A program made the translations under genes and the position numbers. From assembly GCA_964036045.1 (NCBI GenBank), contig OZ038378.1:189410001-189474000 (forward strand): a stretch of DNA of 64,000 nucleotides, read 5' to 3'. The notes under the pieces are model-generated. The model ran no database searches and was not told the DNA's origin. It saw nothing but the letters and a program-made list of their open reading frames with translations. This DNA is from Eutreptiella sp. 'Long Island Sound 2002' (Eukaryota > Protista > Euglenida). Of the stretch, positions 48,818-60,565 are shown in pieces. The stretch's first letter is position 1; each line of letters opens with the position of its first letter.

Positions 48818-49796
48818 GTCAAAGCGTAATCCTTGTTTTTCACCATGAATCTGAGGAACCAAACAGCATTAACACATTCAGCTGAAACAGATGACAATAA
48901 TCATATATGAGTTGAGTATCAGCGGATTGAATTAAAATCGGTAATGGCAAAATAAAATTGGTAGTGGCAAAAATTGCGTGTTTCTGGTGTGGATCATTCA
49001 TGTGTCAGTGCAGTGCGCGCGGTGGCAGATCCAGCTGCGGCGCGTTCACGAGGAAAAAGGAGGAGATGAGAGTAGATAGACACAGATCACAAAGCAAAAT
49101 CGGTTAGAATGTGAGCGGCATTAGTTGCACTGGTCACAGGCGACCGACCACTGAAACAGACACAAACGTCACCGCTGGAACCATCCCTCCCACCCCACCG
49201 GTGTGTCAAGCCATAATATATTCGGTCCATTACATAGCACACCAGCCAGATACCCCAGGATCAAATTGACCAGGATGAATAGCTCACGGCGGAAACAGTG
49301 GAAGGATTTTCAAATTCATGGCCTCGTACTATCTTTACTCAAAAGCACCGAGATCGAATGAGGTAGTGGAAATAGTCTTGCCCAAGTAGGGCTGTAGGCG
49401 ATACACAGCAAGGACCGTTGAATTTCGTACCATTAAACGTAATGTCCATATAGCACGCAAATACCTGGGGTTCAGATCGGCCAAGAAAAGTAGCAACAAC
49501 GGACTGGCCGAAGAGTAACGAGAAGCGCGATATAGGGTGGAGTATCTATGAGACGGCCATAGGCGTCATGCTCAATGAGCCAGCAAAAGTGGCTATGCCC
49601 AAGAAAAGACGTGGCTAATAGGCTGCAGAGATAGTAAGTTGTCGGGCGAATAAACAGAGCGACATTATGCAACACTAGCAGAACACCAATGGAGCTCGTG
49701 GGACTTTGAGAAGTCTGCCAGGTAATCGCGCAGCATTCAGGTCGAATCACAATATAAGCAGATTACGTCAAAGCGTAATCCTTGTTTTTCACCATG
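48818..49796. mobile_element. About 0.92-kb segment flanked by a perfect 30-bp direct repeat (candidate long TSD)
   Basis: GTCAAAGCGTAATCCTTGTTTTTCACCATG at 48818-48847 and 49767-49796. Confidence 0.55.
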
Positions 49797-50564
49797 GCCT
49801 GCATATGGCGGAGGATGCAGTAGGGATTCTGTAGCTTTCATCCAGTATTGTAGCCCTGTTACACTTGGAGTTATGTGGCCGTCTCCGCACAAGATGCAGA
49901 GCACTGGAGCCATGGTAGTTTCCTACAAGCTTGCTTGATTTGGAGGAGATAGCTGATACAGGCCTGTTTCCGTAGTGCACGCATGCTTTGGGGCGCAAAG
50001 GGGTCGTCGAGGGTTTATGACTGTAGTTCCTGTAGAATGTAGAACGTTCGTGAGCAGTGCCTTGGGGCACAAGCCTACTGCGACCCTAACTTGCTGGGAT
50101 GTCTGTTTGTTTGCCAGAATTTTCGTTCCTTTTGCCCTCTGGGCTGTGTGCCTCCTACCCACAGACCCAAGTGTCAATGTCGTGACCTCATCAGGGTATC
50201 TTGACGCCTGGCCATTCGCCGTGCAATTGCTGCCAGCTGGGTCGTGAACAGGGCTTGTAAAACAACGATGAAAGCGCATGTTGTGATTTTGCTTGTGCTT
50301 CTTGTGGACCGAGGCGGTAGGGAACAAAGCGGGCAGGGTAAGGTCTGCTGCTCTGGCAAAGCGATGCCAATCCGTGACACACCCCATCATCAAAAAGCAA
50401 AGGGACTGTGTTTTGGCCTGTGAACAGTGCAGACATTTGTGTTTGGGAATCGGGACGGAACGCTTGCTGGACGTCATTCCGCTTCTGACAGGAATGGGCA
50501 GCATCGGCTTCAAGTCCAGCCACAGGGCGACCCGTAGTGCGTCTTTGTGCATTCTGTAAGCCCC

Positions 50565-53500
50565 ATGGCTGTACTCCGGTGCACATGTCTGCTCATCTTG
50601 GTACTGTGCCTCACGGCAGAGGACACAGTGGTGCAGCTGGAAGGCCCCCCCGTGTGTGGGGATGGTGTGCTGCATGAGGCTGAGGAGTGCGAGGACGGCA
50701 ACACGCTCCCCTGTGATGGTTGTTCATCGGACTGTCGGGCCGAGCAAGGCAGTATCTTTCGGTTGGATGGGCCCTTGCAGGTACGCTTACGTACATGTGC
50801 ACAAATTTCACCTGCTTCACTGCTGCTGACTTTTCGGTCCGGGCTGCTGCCCTGGGCGGTGGTGGTGGTGGGGGGGGGGGGGCAACGCGTGGAGGAGCAG
50901 GGCACCTGGGCCTCACGCACACGGAAACACAGAGAGGCAGGTTATGGACGGCCTGTGCACAGAGGTGCGTGGATCGCAAAACCAGTCAAACAACCTCGGC
51001 AACAACCAGCACAACCTCAATACGCCAACTACTGGGCGCCACTGAAGCGGAGATATCCGAACGCCAGCAGAGCTCCAAGACGGACAATCGCGAAATCTTT
51101 GAACCCCTCGGGGGGGGGGGGGGGGGGCATACTGCAGGGTGCAACTCTTAGGCGCGCAGGGTGATACCAAGGACCCATTCTTCAACACTGCAATGTGCAC
51201 AAAGCACCCCCGTTGTGTTCAGTTTTGATGACTTCCCTCTACACAAGTGCAAGAGAACGCCCCAAAGGGCTGCTGGGCACCTTCACAGTCCAGTGAGTAC
51301 AGTTGGTATCGCTATGCATTTTTCAAGTCGTCCCCCAAAAGATACTGCGGCGGCGACGTCATAGATTGGTCGCGCTGTACGCAGTTCTACGGGATTGCCT
51401 TTCTGCATTGCAAGAAGGCATCGATCCCCTGTCCCCTAGTCCCACTCTGAGTGCTGATCTTTGTGCTGGGATTCTGCGGCATTCGATAGCCCACTAAGGG
51501 AATCAGAACAACAGCTGACTGAAGCAGTCGGTGCAATGGAAGTCGTGAGTAAGACGATCACCGGCCGTTCTGGTTGCAACTCTGATGCTCGCAGTAGTAG
51601 GAATGGCGGCAACAGCCACGCCTTGTTCCTGGTGTGAGGACTGCATGCAGCTTCCCTCCGTCTTGAGTGAGGGCGGCCTGGAGGGTGCAAGCGTCCCTTT
51701 GCTGACTAAGAAGAAGGATTGTCCCTGCACACCAGCAGGGCCCAAACAGCGGCTCCACAGAGCTCTGTTGTGGGCAGTCGCTGTGGCAAAAGTGTGCAAC
51801 ATCCTCATTGACAAATGCATGTGCATTGGCGTCCGTCAGAGCACTACGCCCCCTCACGCCAGCAGCAGGACGCGCAGAAACGGCGGCGGAAGTGTCCCAC
51901 CCAACGGCAAGCCTTCCGCAATCCGAGAGAGGGTCTCAGGCACGTCGTACGCACGGTGTGCACATCGGGGTTGCGCCAGGACAATGTTGATGCGGGGACA
52001 GACCTCCACCAACACAACATTGTACCCCCAGCACCACAAAGCCTTCCAGGACAGTACCAGCGCACTGCCAAAGCCTCCAAGGCACTTTGGGGGACTCTGA
52101 AGGGGCCCTTTCTGAAGGGAGTCCCTTCAGAGCCCGGGGACCAACACCCCGTGCGGTGCGCGCACGGTGCGGATGTTCGACCGCTCCCTCAAGGCCCTGT
52201 GCATGTTCGGAGCACCGGTCTGCAGGGCTGCACATCGACATCAGCAACCAGCCACTTTTCTGTGGGTATCAACAGCCATCGATGAGTGAATGAAGGGAGC
52301 CGACCAAGCGATGGCAGTTGGCAGTTGCATGATAGCAGTCACTAGCCCGCTGACGGCAGTTTGCTGGGTTTCTCTCAATTTGATGGACATCAAATCGCTC
52401 GGGTCCTTTTTTGTGTTGATTCACTGGCCACGCTGAGTGTGGCCGAGGTGCAGGAGCTGGATGACTGCCCTTGGCCCCCAGTGCACACACGTCCCCCATG
52501 CAACGGCAGCCTGTCAGCCGCCGCCTGTCACCCCCTTCCGTTCGTCCGGCGTCCGGCCTGCCGGACGTCCTGCGCCCTGCTCTGTTCACCGGGTGTCTGT
52601 TGTCTGTTCGGCAGTTGGACTCGGTGAAGTGCAATTTTGGATTCCCCCTTTGGGACCACGACTCCGTAGCGCTTTGGGTGGATTTGACGGCGAAGATTGC
52701 GACGAAGTATACCGACCGCACGGACCGCGTCGTATGGCCCCCCTTGTTCGCAGCGGGTCGTTGGGAGTGGGAGTGGGAGGCCCGCGCCGCCTTGGGATGC
52801 CGACGGTAGAGAGTGCAAGGGCGAGGGTGTATTGGACGATGGACGCACAGGGCCCCCTCCATCGATGCCAGAGAAAGTGCCGGGCGAATCGTCAAGGGTC
52901 TAGTGGTGTTGGTGGTGTTGGTCAACAGCGCATTCAGCTGATGTACATTCCACAGCTCCAATTTACATTCTGTGTCTTGCCCTGCCTGCCCTGCCTCAAG
53001 GGTAATCACTGTGGCGAACACGGTGGCCTGGCACCCCTACGTCCGATGCTTTGCCCTCACCAGTTTCCGCTCCCCATCAGTCACACAAGCGGTAGTGAAA
53101 GCGCGAGCAACTGAAGCGATCAAAGCCATGCACACGCTCAGTTGGTCCTGTTTTTCAGTGATAGGCAGCTATTTGGCACATGTTGTCATCATTGAAGTGC
53201 GCAAAGGATGAAAGGCAGCAAGGGATGCATGAGGACACACATGTTGCAGCCGGTTTCTTTCCTTTTGAATGGTGTTGTGCCCGTAGGGTGTGTGTCCTAT
53301 CCCCATCACCCACGGCATGACCATCCTATGCGTTTGTGGCCTGCACATCCGGAAACCCAATGCACACGCGTTGTGGAGTGTAAGGGCTGCTGTATTTTAG
53401 TATCAAACGCCAGCTGCAGTGAGTCTCTGAAAGGAGATGATGCCCGTACCGATGGTTGAGTGGACCACAGGCTCGTGGGGCTCCGAACCACACCCCGTTA

Positions 53501-56500
53501 TTATCCCTTTTCTGTTGAAGCCTCCACCCATTTTCCCCAATTTTGCTGGCCACATTTTCCCTCCGCACTTCCCACACCACCAGCAGGTCAACCATCTGAA
53601 TTTCTGGTGGGACACTGCCAAATTGCAAATTGGCGTATTGCCCATGCCCCCCGGGCCCACTCTTTTGCGCCATATCACCGTGGACCCTCCCAGCGCTTTG
53701 GGTTGTGTCCAGGAATGGCGAACGTGGAATCGGGACGGCTACGCCAACTACACCGTCGGTGCTCTGGAGCCCCGGCCTGAGGGTCTCTGGTACTTGGCGC
53801 GGGCCATCCCCTTTCCTGCGGCGAATCGTGTGGTCTGGTATGACCCCCGAAACGCGTGCTTCAAGTGGCTGAATGGAGCGGGCACGACTGTGACCGTGAA
53901 TTTCACCGACGTGGGCATCACAGAATACGTGGACAAGTATTATATCCTCCTCCCTCCACCTCTCCCTCTCCCTCTCCTTTTTCTTCTTCTACCTCTCCCT
54001 CCTTCTCTCCCTCTCCCTCTCCTTTTTCTTCTTCTACCTCTCCCTCTCCCTCTCCCTCTCCCTCTCCCTCTCCCTCTCCCTCTCCCTCTCCCTCTCCCTC
54101 TCCCTCTCCCTCTCTCTTTCCTTCGTGTACCTCTCCCTCCTTTTCTCCCTCTCCCTCTCCTTCTCCTTTCCCCTGTCCCTCCCTCTCGCTCTCCCTTCCA
54201 GTATCCTCTCCTTCTCCGGTCCTCCCCCTTTCATCATGTGTCTCCTTCTTCCTCTCCCTTCTCTATTGGCGACACCAACTAAAATGCGGGTGCATGTGAC
54301 CCACAGTGATCCCATGGGGTGGGGGGCCGGGGGGGGGGGCGGGTCTGGGTCTATCATGGCGGCCCTTGTTGGGGCACATTAAGAAACTTCAGGTGTGCAG
54401 TCTTCCACCGAGACTCTGGGCAGACGGCCAGCCGACCGCGGTGGGCCAAGTGGATGCTCTATAGTTTCCCTCTGCCTTTCCTTTGTGCAAATCAATGTAT
54501 ATACGTTAATGATGGTCACCAAAGAACGTCGCTGCGTGAGCAGACGGCTTCGCGCACCGCGAGGCGCACTCATGCAACTCCAACTGCAACAATTTCCCCT
54601 CTTCTTCTCCCCTACCCATCCTTCTCCCTCTCACCGTCTTTTCCCTTCTTCCTTTTTCGCACTTCCTCTGCATCTCCCTCTCCATCTCCACCTCCCGCCC
54701 TGCCTGCGCCCCCCACCACCGCGGGCTATTGCAGCACTGTGTGGGTGGCTTTGGGAGTGTGTGCAGAGGGATTATTGCACCCCCCACTTGTATAGGCTAC
54801 GGCCTTGTCCAAGCTACAGCAGGCGTAGGGACCGTATTAATTTGGGACCTAATTTGATTCGGTACCAAATGTAGTGCAGCCACATAAGACATGGGTGGCG
54901 TGGGGACCGTTGGTTTTGGACTTTTGCGTGGCTTGTAGGGGGGGGGGGGGGGTTGTGCAACAGGAGCGGGAGCCTATCAGGGGCAGACCAGCCATGAGGG
55001 GGAAAAGGACATATGGTGGACGGCCAGGATAACACGTGGAGGAACAGGGCACCTGGGCCTCACGCACACAGAACCACAGCGAGGCAGGCTATGGACTGCC
55101 TGTGGACAGAGGCGCGTGGACAGCAAAAGCAGTCAAACGACCCCGGCAACAACCAGCACATCCTCAATACGCCAACGACTGGGCGCCGCTGACGCGCAAA
55201 CGGCACACCATGCCACATTCAGCACAGCCCCAACACACCAACTACTGGGCTCCGCAAACGCGGAAATGACACCAGCAAGAGCACCGGCCGCAGCAGCCGA
55301 CAGAAAGCAGCAACCCGGCGCAACATGCGAAAGGAAGAACGGGTGACTGTCCAGGGCCCCGTAAAGAAACAACAACCCGACGGAATGTCACACAGGGGGG
55401 TAGTGCCCCGAATTTCTTGCTTACTCTTCGAGGACTGCCCGACGCATCGGGGTAAACTGGGTTGGCGCCGAGAGACGGGGAGAAGCGTAACACTCCTCTC
55501 TGACTTTGCAAACGACCCCTGGTACAACAGGGCCCCGGGCCTCGACAAGGTGGCCCGATTCATTGCGGTACCTGCGGTCTGGCCGCTGATCGTTGGCGCT
55601 TCGAGACGTATTCCATCAACGGCTTCTCAAGGCTGCAGCACAGCGAGGGAGCAGTGTGGCCGTCATCATTGGCGTTGCGCCTACCACAGGGCGGCTGAGA
55701 CATGCATTCGCTGAGGGGCAAACGAACGCGCGGTGCGCGCGGTGCTATGCGCGGTGTGCGCGCGGTGCGCACGGTTTGGCGCGCGTTGTTTTATTAACCC
55801 ACCATTTTTTCATTTAGTCACTGCGGGCTGTAAACACCACTCTCCCACAAGCATAAGTACAGCTTGTGGGAGGGCAGCGGGATCAAAAATTTGTGATCAT
55901 CCACCTCCTTCGGCAAGGGCAGGCACACCCGGAGACCGTCGCCCCTGACGATGATGGGTGTGGAGTTGTGAGCCCAGCACCGCAGAAACCAAGGTGCTGA
56001 ATCCTACTGTTCAGATTGGCTACCTTCACTCCTTTGGTTCTTTGCATTACAGCTCACATCTCTTTTTTTGCTATTCTTGTGCAATGCCCCAACATTGTGA
56101 AACGAATGCTTCATAGGATTGGGCACCCTATGGGGCACCTCACAGGAATGAGCACCCCGTGGTTCGAAACGCGAAACGTGTCGAAACGAATGCTCCGCAG
56201 GTTTGGGCACCCATGCGGGGCACCCTCCTCGGTGGTGGGCCGTGCCGAGGAGGTCTCTTTGAGCTCAACGCCCCCCCCCGGCAGGGGGTGTGGGCAGCTA
56301 CAACCACCATTGCAATGGTGAGGAGGATGGAGTGGAGGCCTCCGTTGTTGTATGTGAACCCCTGAAGCCACCGTGTTTCTGCCACACTGAAAATCAGCCA
56401 GAAGTGCATAAAACAGCAACCCAAAAACGAGCGCGCGGTGCGCGCGCGGTGCTATGCGCGGTGCGCGCGGTGTGTTTGTTTCCCTCTGAGGGCGGGGGTC

Positions 56501-58589
56501 ACTCGAGCACCACTCGCCACTCACGCAAACACTCACTCACTCCTTCACCTCTGATTCTTTTCATCACCCAACAGACGTGCCGGCACGCCACGCACTGCCC
56601 CATTCTGGTGCTCTATCACCCGCACCATCACCGCACGCGGTCGGCAGTAAAACGTTCCGGTCCATTGAGAGCCCAAAAGACGGGTGGGGGGTGGTGTGGA
56701 ATTGGGGCTCCCGTGACTGAGCCGTAATATGGCTAAAAGAAAGGGCATTTCTGACCGAACCGGTTGCTATTTGAGCGTGCTGGCCGGCAGGTACCGGCTC
56801 ACCAAGCCTCTTAAAAAGTGGAGGGTGGTAGTGATCACAATGGCCTTCGTAGCCCCCTTTTGGGCAGATCCACTGGGGGAGGGGGGCGATGCTGATGACC
56901 GGGGACGCCCAGGGCTCCTCATCAGGCTCTCATCCTTCAGGAGTCGCACTGCCCATCCCCCTTACAAAGTCGGGGCCGGAAAATGGGCTCAGTCACGGCA
57001 GCCCGTTTCGAAGACGGGGGGGGGGGGGGGGGGGGGTTGGACAGACCCGCAGCCCCCGCAAATGAAATCCCGCTGGCCCAACCACAACCTCTTCGACCAA
57101 ACCTGTTCCCCAAGGCATTGTGTCACGTGCGCTCCGGAACGGGCCATGCCTGACCAGAGGTCTGTCAGCGGGCGGCAGGGAGAAGGAGGGGGGGGGGGGG
57201 GGCAGGGGCGACCCGATGCAGCAAGCGAAGGGAAGAACAGGTGACTGTCCAGGGCCCTGTAAAGAAGCAACAACCCGACGGAATGTCACACAAGAGGGGG
57301 GCAGGGGTCCCCCGCACAGCCCCTCGCGGCAGCCCGGCCGCCGCCCGTTTCCGCGCGCACCTTCTCCCTCAGACATTGGGAATGGCCGGACTGGAAACTG
57401 ATGCGGCGGTACTACTTCATCACCGACGGCATCTCCCGGGCCCACGTCGGCCACACACGGTACGGCTTCGCGTGGGTGGCCACTTTCGATTGGCGGACAG
57501 ACCAAGGTGCCGCCCCCGCCCTCCCCCTTGTCCTGGGACCCCGTGTGGCGGGCACCCCCCGTGCGTGCTGGCGGCCGGGGGGGCTTCCCTTCTGGCAATG
57601 ACCATCACCGCCCCTTACCCCTCTGGAAGGGGGGGCGGTACCCCCCCCCCCAACACACACGCCTTCTTTGTATCAGACTTTTGTACACCCCAACCCCCGG
57701 GCGGGTTCAGACATGTGCAGAAACAGCCCCCCCCCCCCCCTTGTGTACAAAAGCCCTTTGAGCCCACGAGCAGACGCTGACCCCCACTCCGTGTCGCTTT
57801 GCGCCGTCCGGGGCAGACGCGAACGTGCGCCGAAACCATTGATCAAGGCACAGCAGCGCGGTCGGAAGTCGAGTGCAGGGGATGACTAGTGGCGGCGAGG
57901 GCGCAGGGGGTACGGGGCACAGCACCCGCCACCCCCAAAGTGGCGAGGGGGGGCGACGGTACGTGCCGTTGTGGGTGTGACCACCAAAGACACAAACAAT
58001 GGCCCACGAAAATGCGCCGTGATTCCGCAGAGATAACACGGGCCTGGGACCTCAGCGGAGGTGGTCTGTGCTGACGGGCACGGGACGGGCACAGGGCGCA
58101 GGATCAGTTCTTGACAGACGCGGTTTCGGCCCATTTTTGACCCGTTTTTGGTCCCAAAATGGCCCATTTTCAAGGGTTTAGAGGACTTTGGTGGGCGATG
58201 GCTCGGGACAAGCTCAAAATGGGCTCGTTTCACTTGCCCGTGTACCCTAAACGGTCCCCCATCCATTTTGGAAACAGGCGCTTTTGACCCCCTTTTTGGT
58301 TGTTGGCTGCGGTGGGCGCCGACCCGCCGGTCCGAGGGGGCGTGCCAGCGGCTGCGCCACGAGCCCGCGGCCCGTGACGACCGAGAGGGACCGGCCGTGC
58401 TGCCCCTCACGAAAGGCTCTTGCCCCCTCGCCTTCTCTGTCCGCGACTGCCCCGTCTCTTGTGCACCACAGTGTACGTCCGCGACGCCGACAAAATGCGT
58501 CCGATCGGCGGCTGGTGGTACACGGAGAAGGACGCCTTCGGTCACCTCCTGTGGACCGTGAATGGGCGCGTGATGTACCGAGGCTCAAA
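50565..58589 (+). CDS. Secreted protein with a DUF4215 (myxobacterial-type Cys-rich) repeat followed by an unrecognised Trp/Tyr-rich domain; multi-exon, 3' end not in the window
   Basis: Exon 50565-50780 (or -50790) encodes the signal peptide [18 protein letters not shown] plus [30 protein letters not shown]. Exons 53694-53936, 57373-57506 and 58472-58589 join in phase (AA|A, G|TG) through GT-AG sites. Probable further exons at 51248-about 51417 and 53001-about 53090, and a frameshifted exon-like block at 55433-about 55690; those junctions are unresolved. Confidence 0.7.
53948..54120. repeat. (CCTCTC)n polypyrimidine microsatellite at the start of an intron
   Basis: Directly visible; it explains the spurious LPLPLP and ERERER ORFs. 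Confidence 0.95.
54781..54950. mobile_element. Degenerate copy of the 4248-4571 MITE
   Basis: Shares TTGTATA-GCTAC-GCCTTGTCCAAGCTACAG-AGGCGTAGGGACCGTA and ATGTAGTGC-GCCACATAAGACATGGGT; ends in a G run. Confidence 0.6.
55715..56486 (+). mobile_element. Harbinger-type non-autonomous element (GCGCGGTGC variant)
   Basis: Imperfect TIR GGGGCAAAC / GTTTCCCTC, 3-bp TSD TGA (55712-55714 and 56487-56489), and clusters of GCGCGGTGC near both ends. Confidence 0.6.
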
Positions 58590-58897
58590 GTATGCCGTGC
58601 ATTGGCCCCCGGTGCCGTTACCGCCCGCAGGCGTTTGGAGTCCTTGTGAATCGGGCGTCGTGCCCAACCTCCCCGGCTTAGAGACCCCCGGGCTATCAAA
58701 TCGAAGGGCAACGCTTGCCACCACAAAATTTGCCACAAATATCAGAATAATCTGCCGCAGACCGTCGCCGTATCGAAACGTTGCGACGATGTTCTGGGGC
58801 GCGCGCTGGTGCCGGTACTACACCCGCCCGCGTTTCAAAAGCAGTCGGCAGGTTCCAGCACGGCACTCAGCGCACAAGACGGGGGGGGGGGTGGCAG

Positions 58898-59476
58898 ATG
58901 GAATTCAACGCATGTGAGGCCATAGTGGTGGGGCACGACGGCTTCAGAGTGCAGGTGCGCATAACAAAGGGGCCACAGCAAACACAAGGACGGGAAATTC
59001 GCGTGAAGAGAGCGAATGTCATCCGATTGGAGAGGCCAACAACAAACATGGCCCCCCAGCCCCAGCCTCAGCACAAGCCCCAGCCGGTGGGGGCCAATCA
59101 ACCAACCGTCCCACACACCAGAGGACGGGACCCGGTCGCGGACATGCCAGACACACTACCAGGAAACTGGTACCAGGTGCTAGGAGTGCGGTACCCTGGG
59201 GCCACAACAGAGGAAATAAAGCGGGCATACAAGCAACTCAGTGTCAAGCTACACCCAGACAAAAATGCGCACCACAAGGAGAAGGCTGAGGGACTATTCA
59301 AACAAATAGGGAAGGCAAAGGACGGATTGCTAGACACAGAGGCCCGAAGACGGCATGATGCCGACATACAAAGAGGGGACAGACGCCAACAACGGGAGGT
59401 ACGCCATTGCAATAGGGGAGCGGCAACGCACGACCCCGGACAAGAGGGCAGAAGAGGGCGGAACCAAACACGTTGA
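58898..59476 (+). CDS. J-domain (DnaJ) ORF with an N-terminal SH3/KOW-like segment, embedded in repetitive DNA
   Basis: WYQVLGV...TEEIKRAYKQLSVKLHPDKN...AEGLFKQIGKAKDGLLDTEARRRHD at about 59168-59365, with intact HPD at 59252-59260. Intronless and A/C-rich on +, unlike the GC3-rich host exons. Start codon uncertain. Confidence 0.75.
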   Translation: MEFNACEAIVVGHDGFRVQVRITKGPQQTQGREIRVKRANVIRLERPTTNMAPQPQPQHKPQPVGANQPTVPHTRGRDPVADMPDTLPGNWYQVLGVRYPGATTEEIKRAYKQLSVKLHPDKNAHHKEKAEGLFKQIGKAKDGLLDTEARRRHDADIQRGDRRQQREVRHCNRGAATHDPGQEGRRGRNQTR

Positions 59477-59847
59477 CAATGCAACGACGCTTTGCATACG
59501 CAACCGTGGACTTCATGGAAGCACAGTACAAAAGTATAGTGCGGGCCCATGAGTGGCAGCTGGCCCGCACACCGATGCCCAACATGACCAGGGGTGAGGT
59601 GTGGTACCTCATATGCCCAGGACTCATGATGCCGGTGGTCCGGGTACGCATCGTGGCCATGGGTGTGTATACCCCGCAATGTAGCTGCCACCCACATGGG
59701 GTGTGCTACACACATGGAGAGTGGCAACCAGTTGTGCACATAGACGGGGACCTACCAAGAGAGCACGTCCTGGTCTCGCAACCGGGCAGATTGCTGCCCA
59801 CGGATCGCCTAGCGCAGCTAATCGCGGCAGCCTCCCGGAGGCGTTAA
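59473..59847 (+). CDS. Uncharacterised 124-aa ORF overlapping the J-domain ORF stop; possibly the same element-encoded polypeptide after a frameshift
   Basis: Protein-like composition (GEVWYLICPGLMMPVVRVRIVAMGVYTPQCSCHPHGVC). It starts at 59473, overlapping the TGA that ends the J-domain ORF. Confidence 0.4.
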   Translation: MTMQRRFAYATVDFMEAQYKSIVRAHEWQLARTPMPNMTRGEVWYLICPGLMMPVVRVRIVAMGVYTPQCSCHPHGVCYTHGEWQPVVHIDGDLPREHVLVSQPGRLLPTDRLAQLIAAASRRR

Positions 59848-59996
59848 GGAGTTCAGCACAACGCCCAGGCATGCAGATCCAACAGAATGCAGCACAGTGC
59901 AGCGCAACGCGAATGAGAATAACATAGGGCAACACGACGCCCAAGCACATGGAGCGGACGGAGGCGCACAAAGGAGAGCAGTGCACAAACCTCGTA

Positions 59997-60565
59997 GGCA
60001 GGCCCCGGAGGCTCGGATTCGGCCCCGCCAATGGTTGGGCGGCCCTGTCCAAGCACTTCGGAGGTTACCTGGGCTCGGCCCCGACGGGAAGAGTGGCCCT
60101 ACCCGGGTAGCCGCGGCCGCCACACCTCATGGAGGCAGCGTAGCGCACAAGGCAACGCAGCACCGAAGAGCAGGCAGAGACACATAGCGAAATTTTGCCA
60201 GCACACGAAAGCACGCAGCACACCGTACAACAAAACAAAGCAAAGCAGTGTACCACAATGATGGCAGCAGACAGCCACACCACCCGCCGCAAGCACCAGC
60301 GCCAGCCCAACACCCCACGCCCAGTGTGGGGGGCAGACCCACCACACGGGGACTGCACCCACGCACAGCCACCGCCGCCCACAAACGGGGCGCGCGCGCG
60401 CAAGAATCACAGGCAGGCCCCGGGGGCTCGGACTCGGCCCCGCCAATGGGTGGGCGGCCCTGTCCAAGCGCTTCGGAGGTTACCCGAACTCGGCCCCCAC
60501 GGGAGGAGCGGCCCTGCCCGGGTAGCCGCGGCCGCCGCGCCTCATGGAGGCAGCGTAGCGCACAA
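59997..60565 (+). repeat. Direct repeat of about 150 bp (period about 417 bp) in A/C-rich sequence
   Basis: GCAGGCCCCGG-GGCTCGGA-TCGGCCCCGCCAATGG...CATGGAGGCAGCGTAGCGCACAA at about 59997-60150 and 60413-60565. Confidence 0.8.

Noticed and set aside
56892-56925. CTGATGA...TCATCAG as a hammerhead (likewise CTGATGA at about 30573 and on the minus strand at about 1238)
   Set aside because: There is no correctly placed stem II followed by GAAA.
50781-58471. Non-canonical (euglenid nonconventional) introns at the 50780/51247 and 57475/58471 junctions
   Set aside because: Canonical phase-1 GT donors at 50791 and 57507 resolve the frames, so no non-canonical boundary is needed. The 51417/53001 junction remains unresolved.
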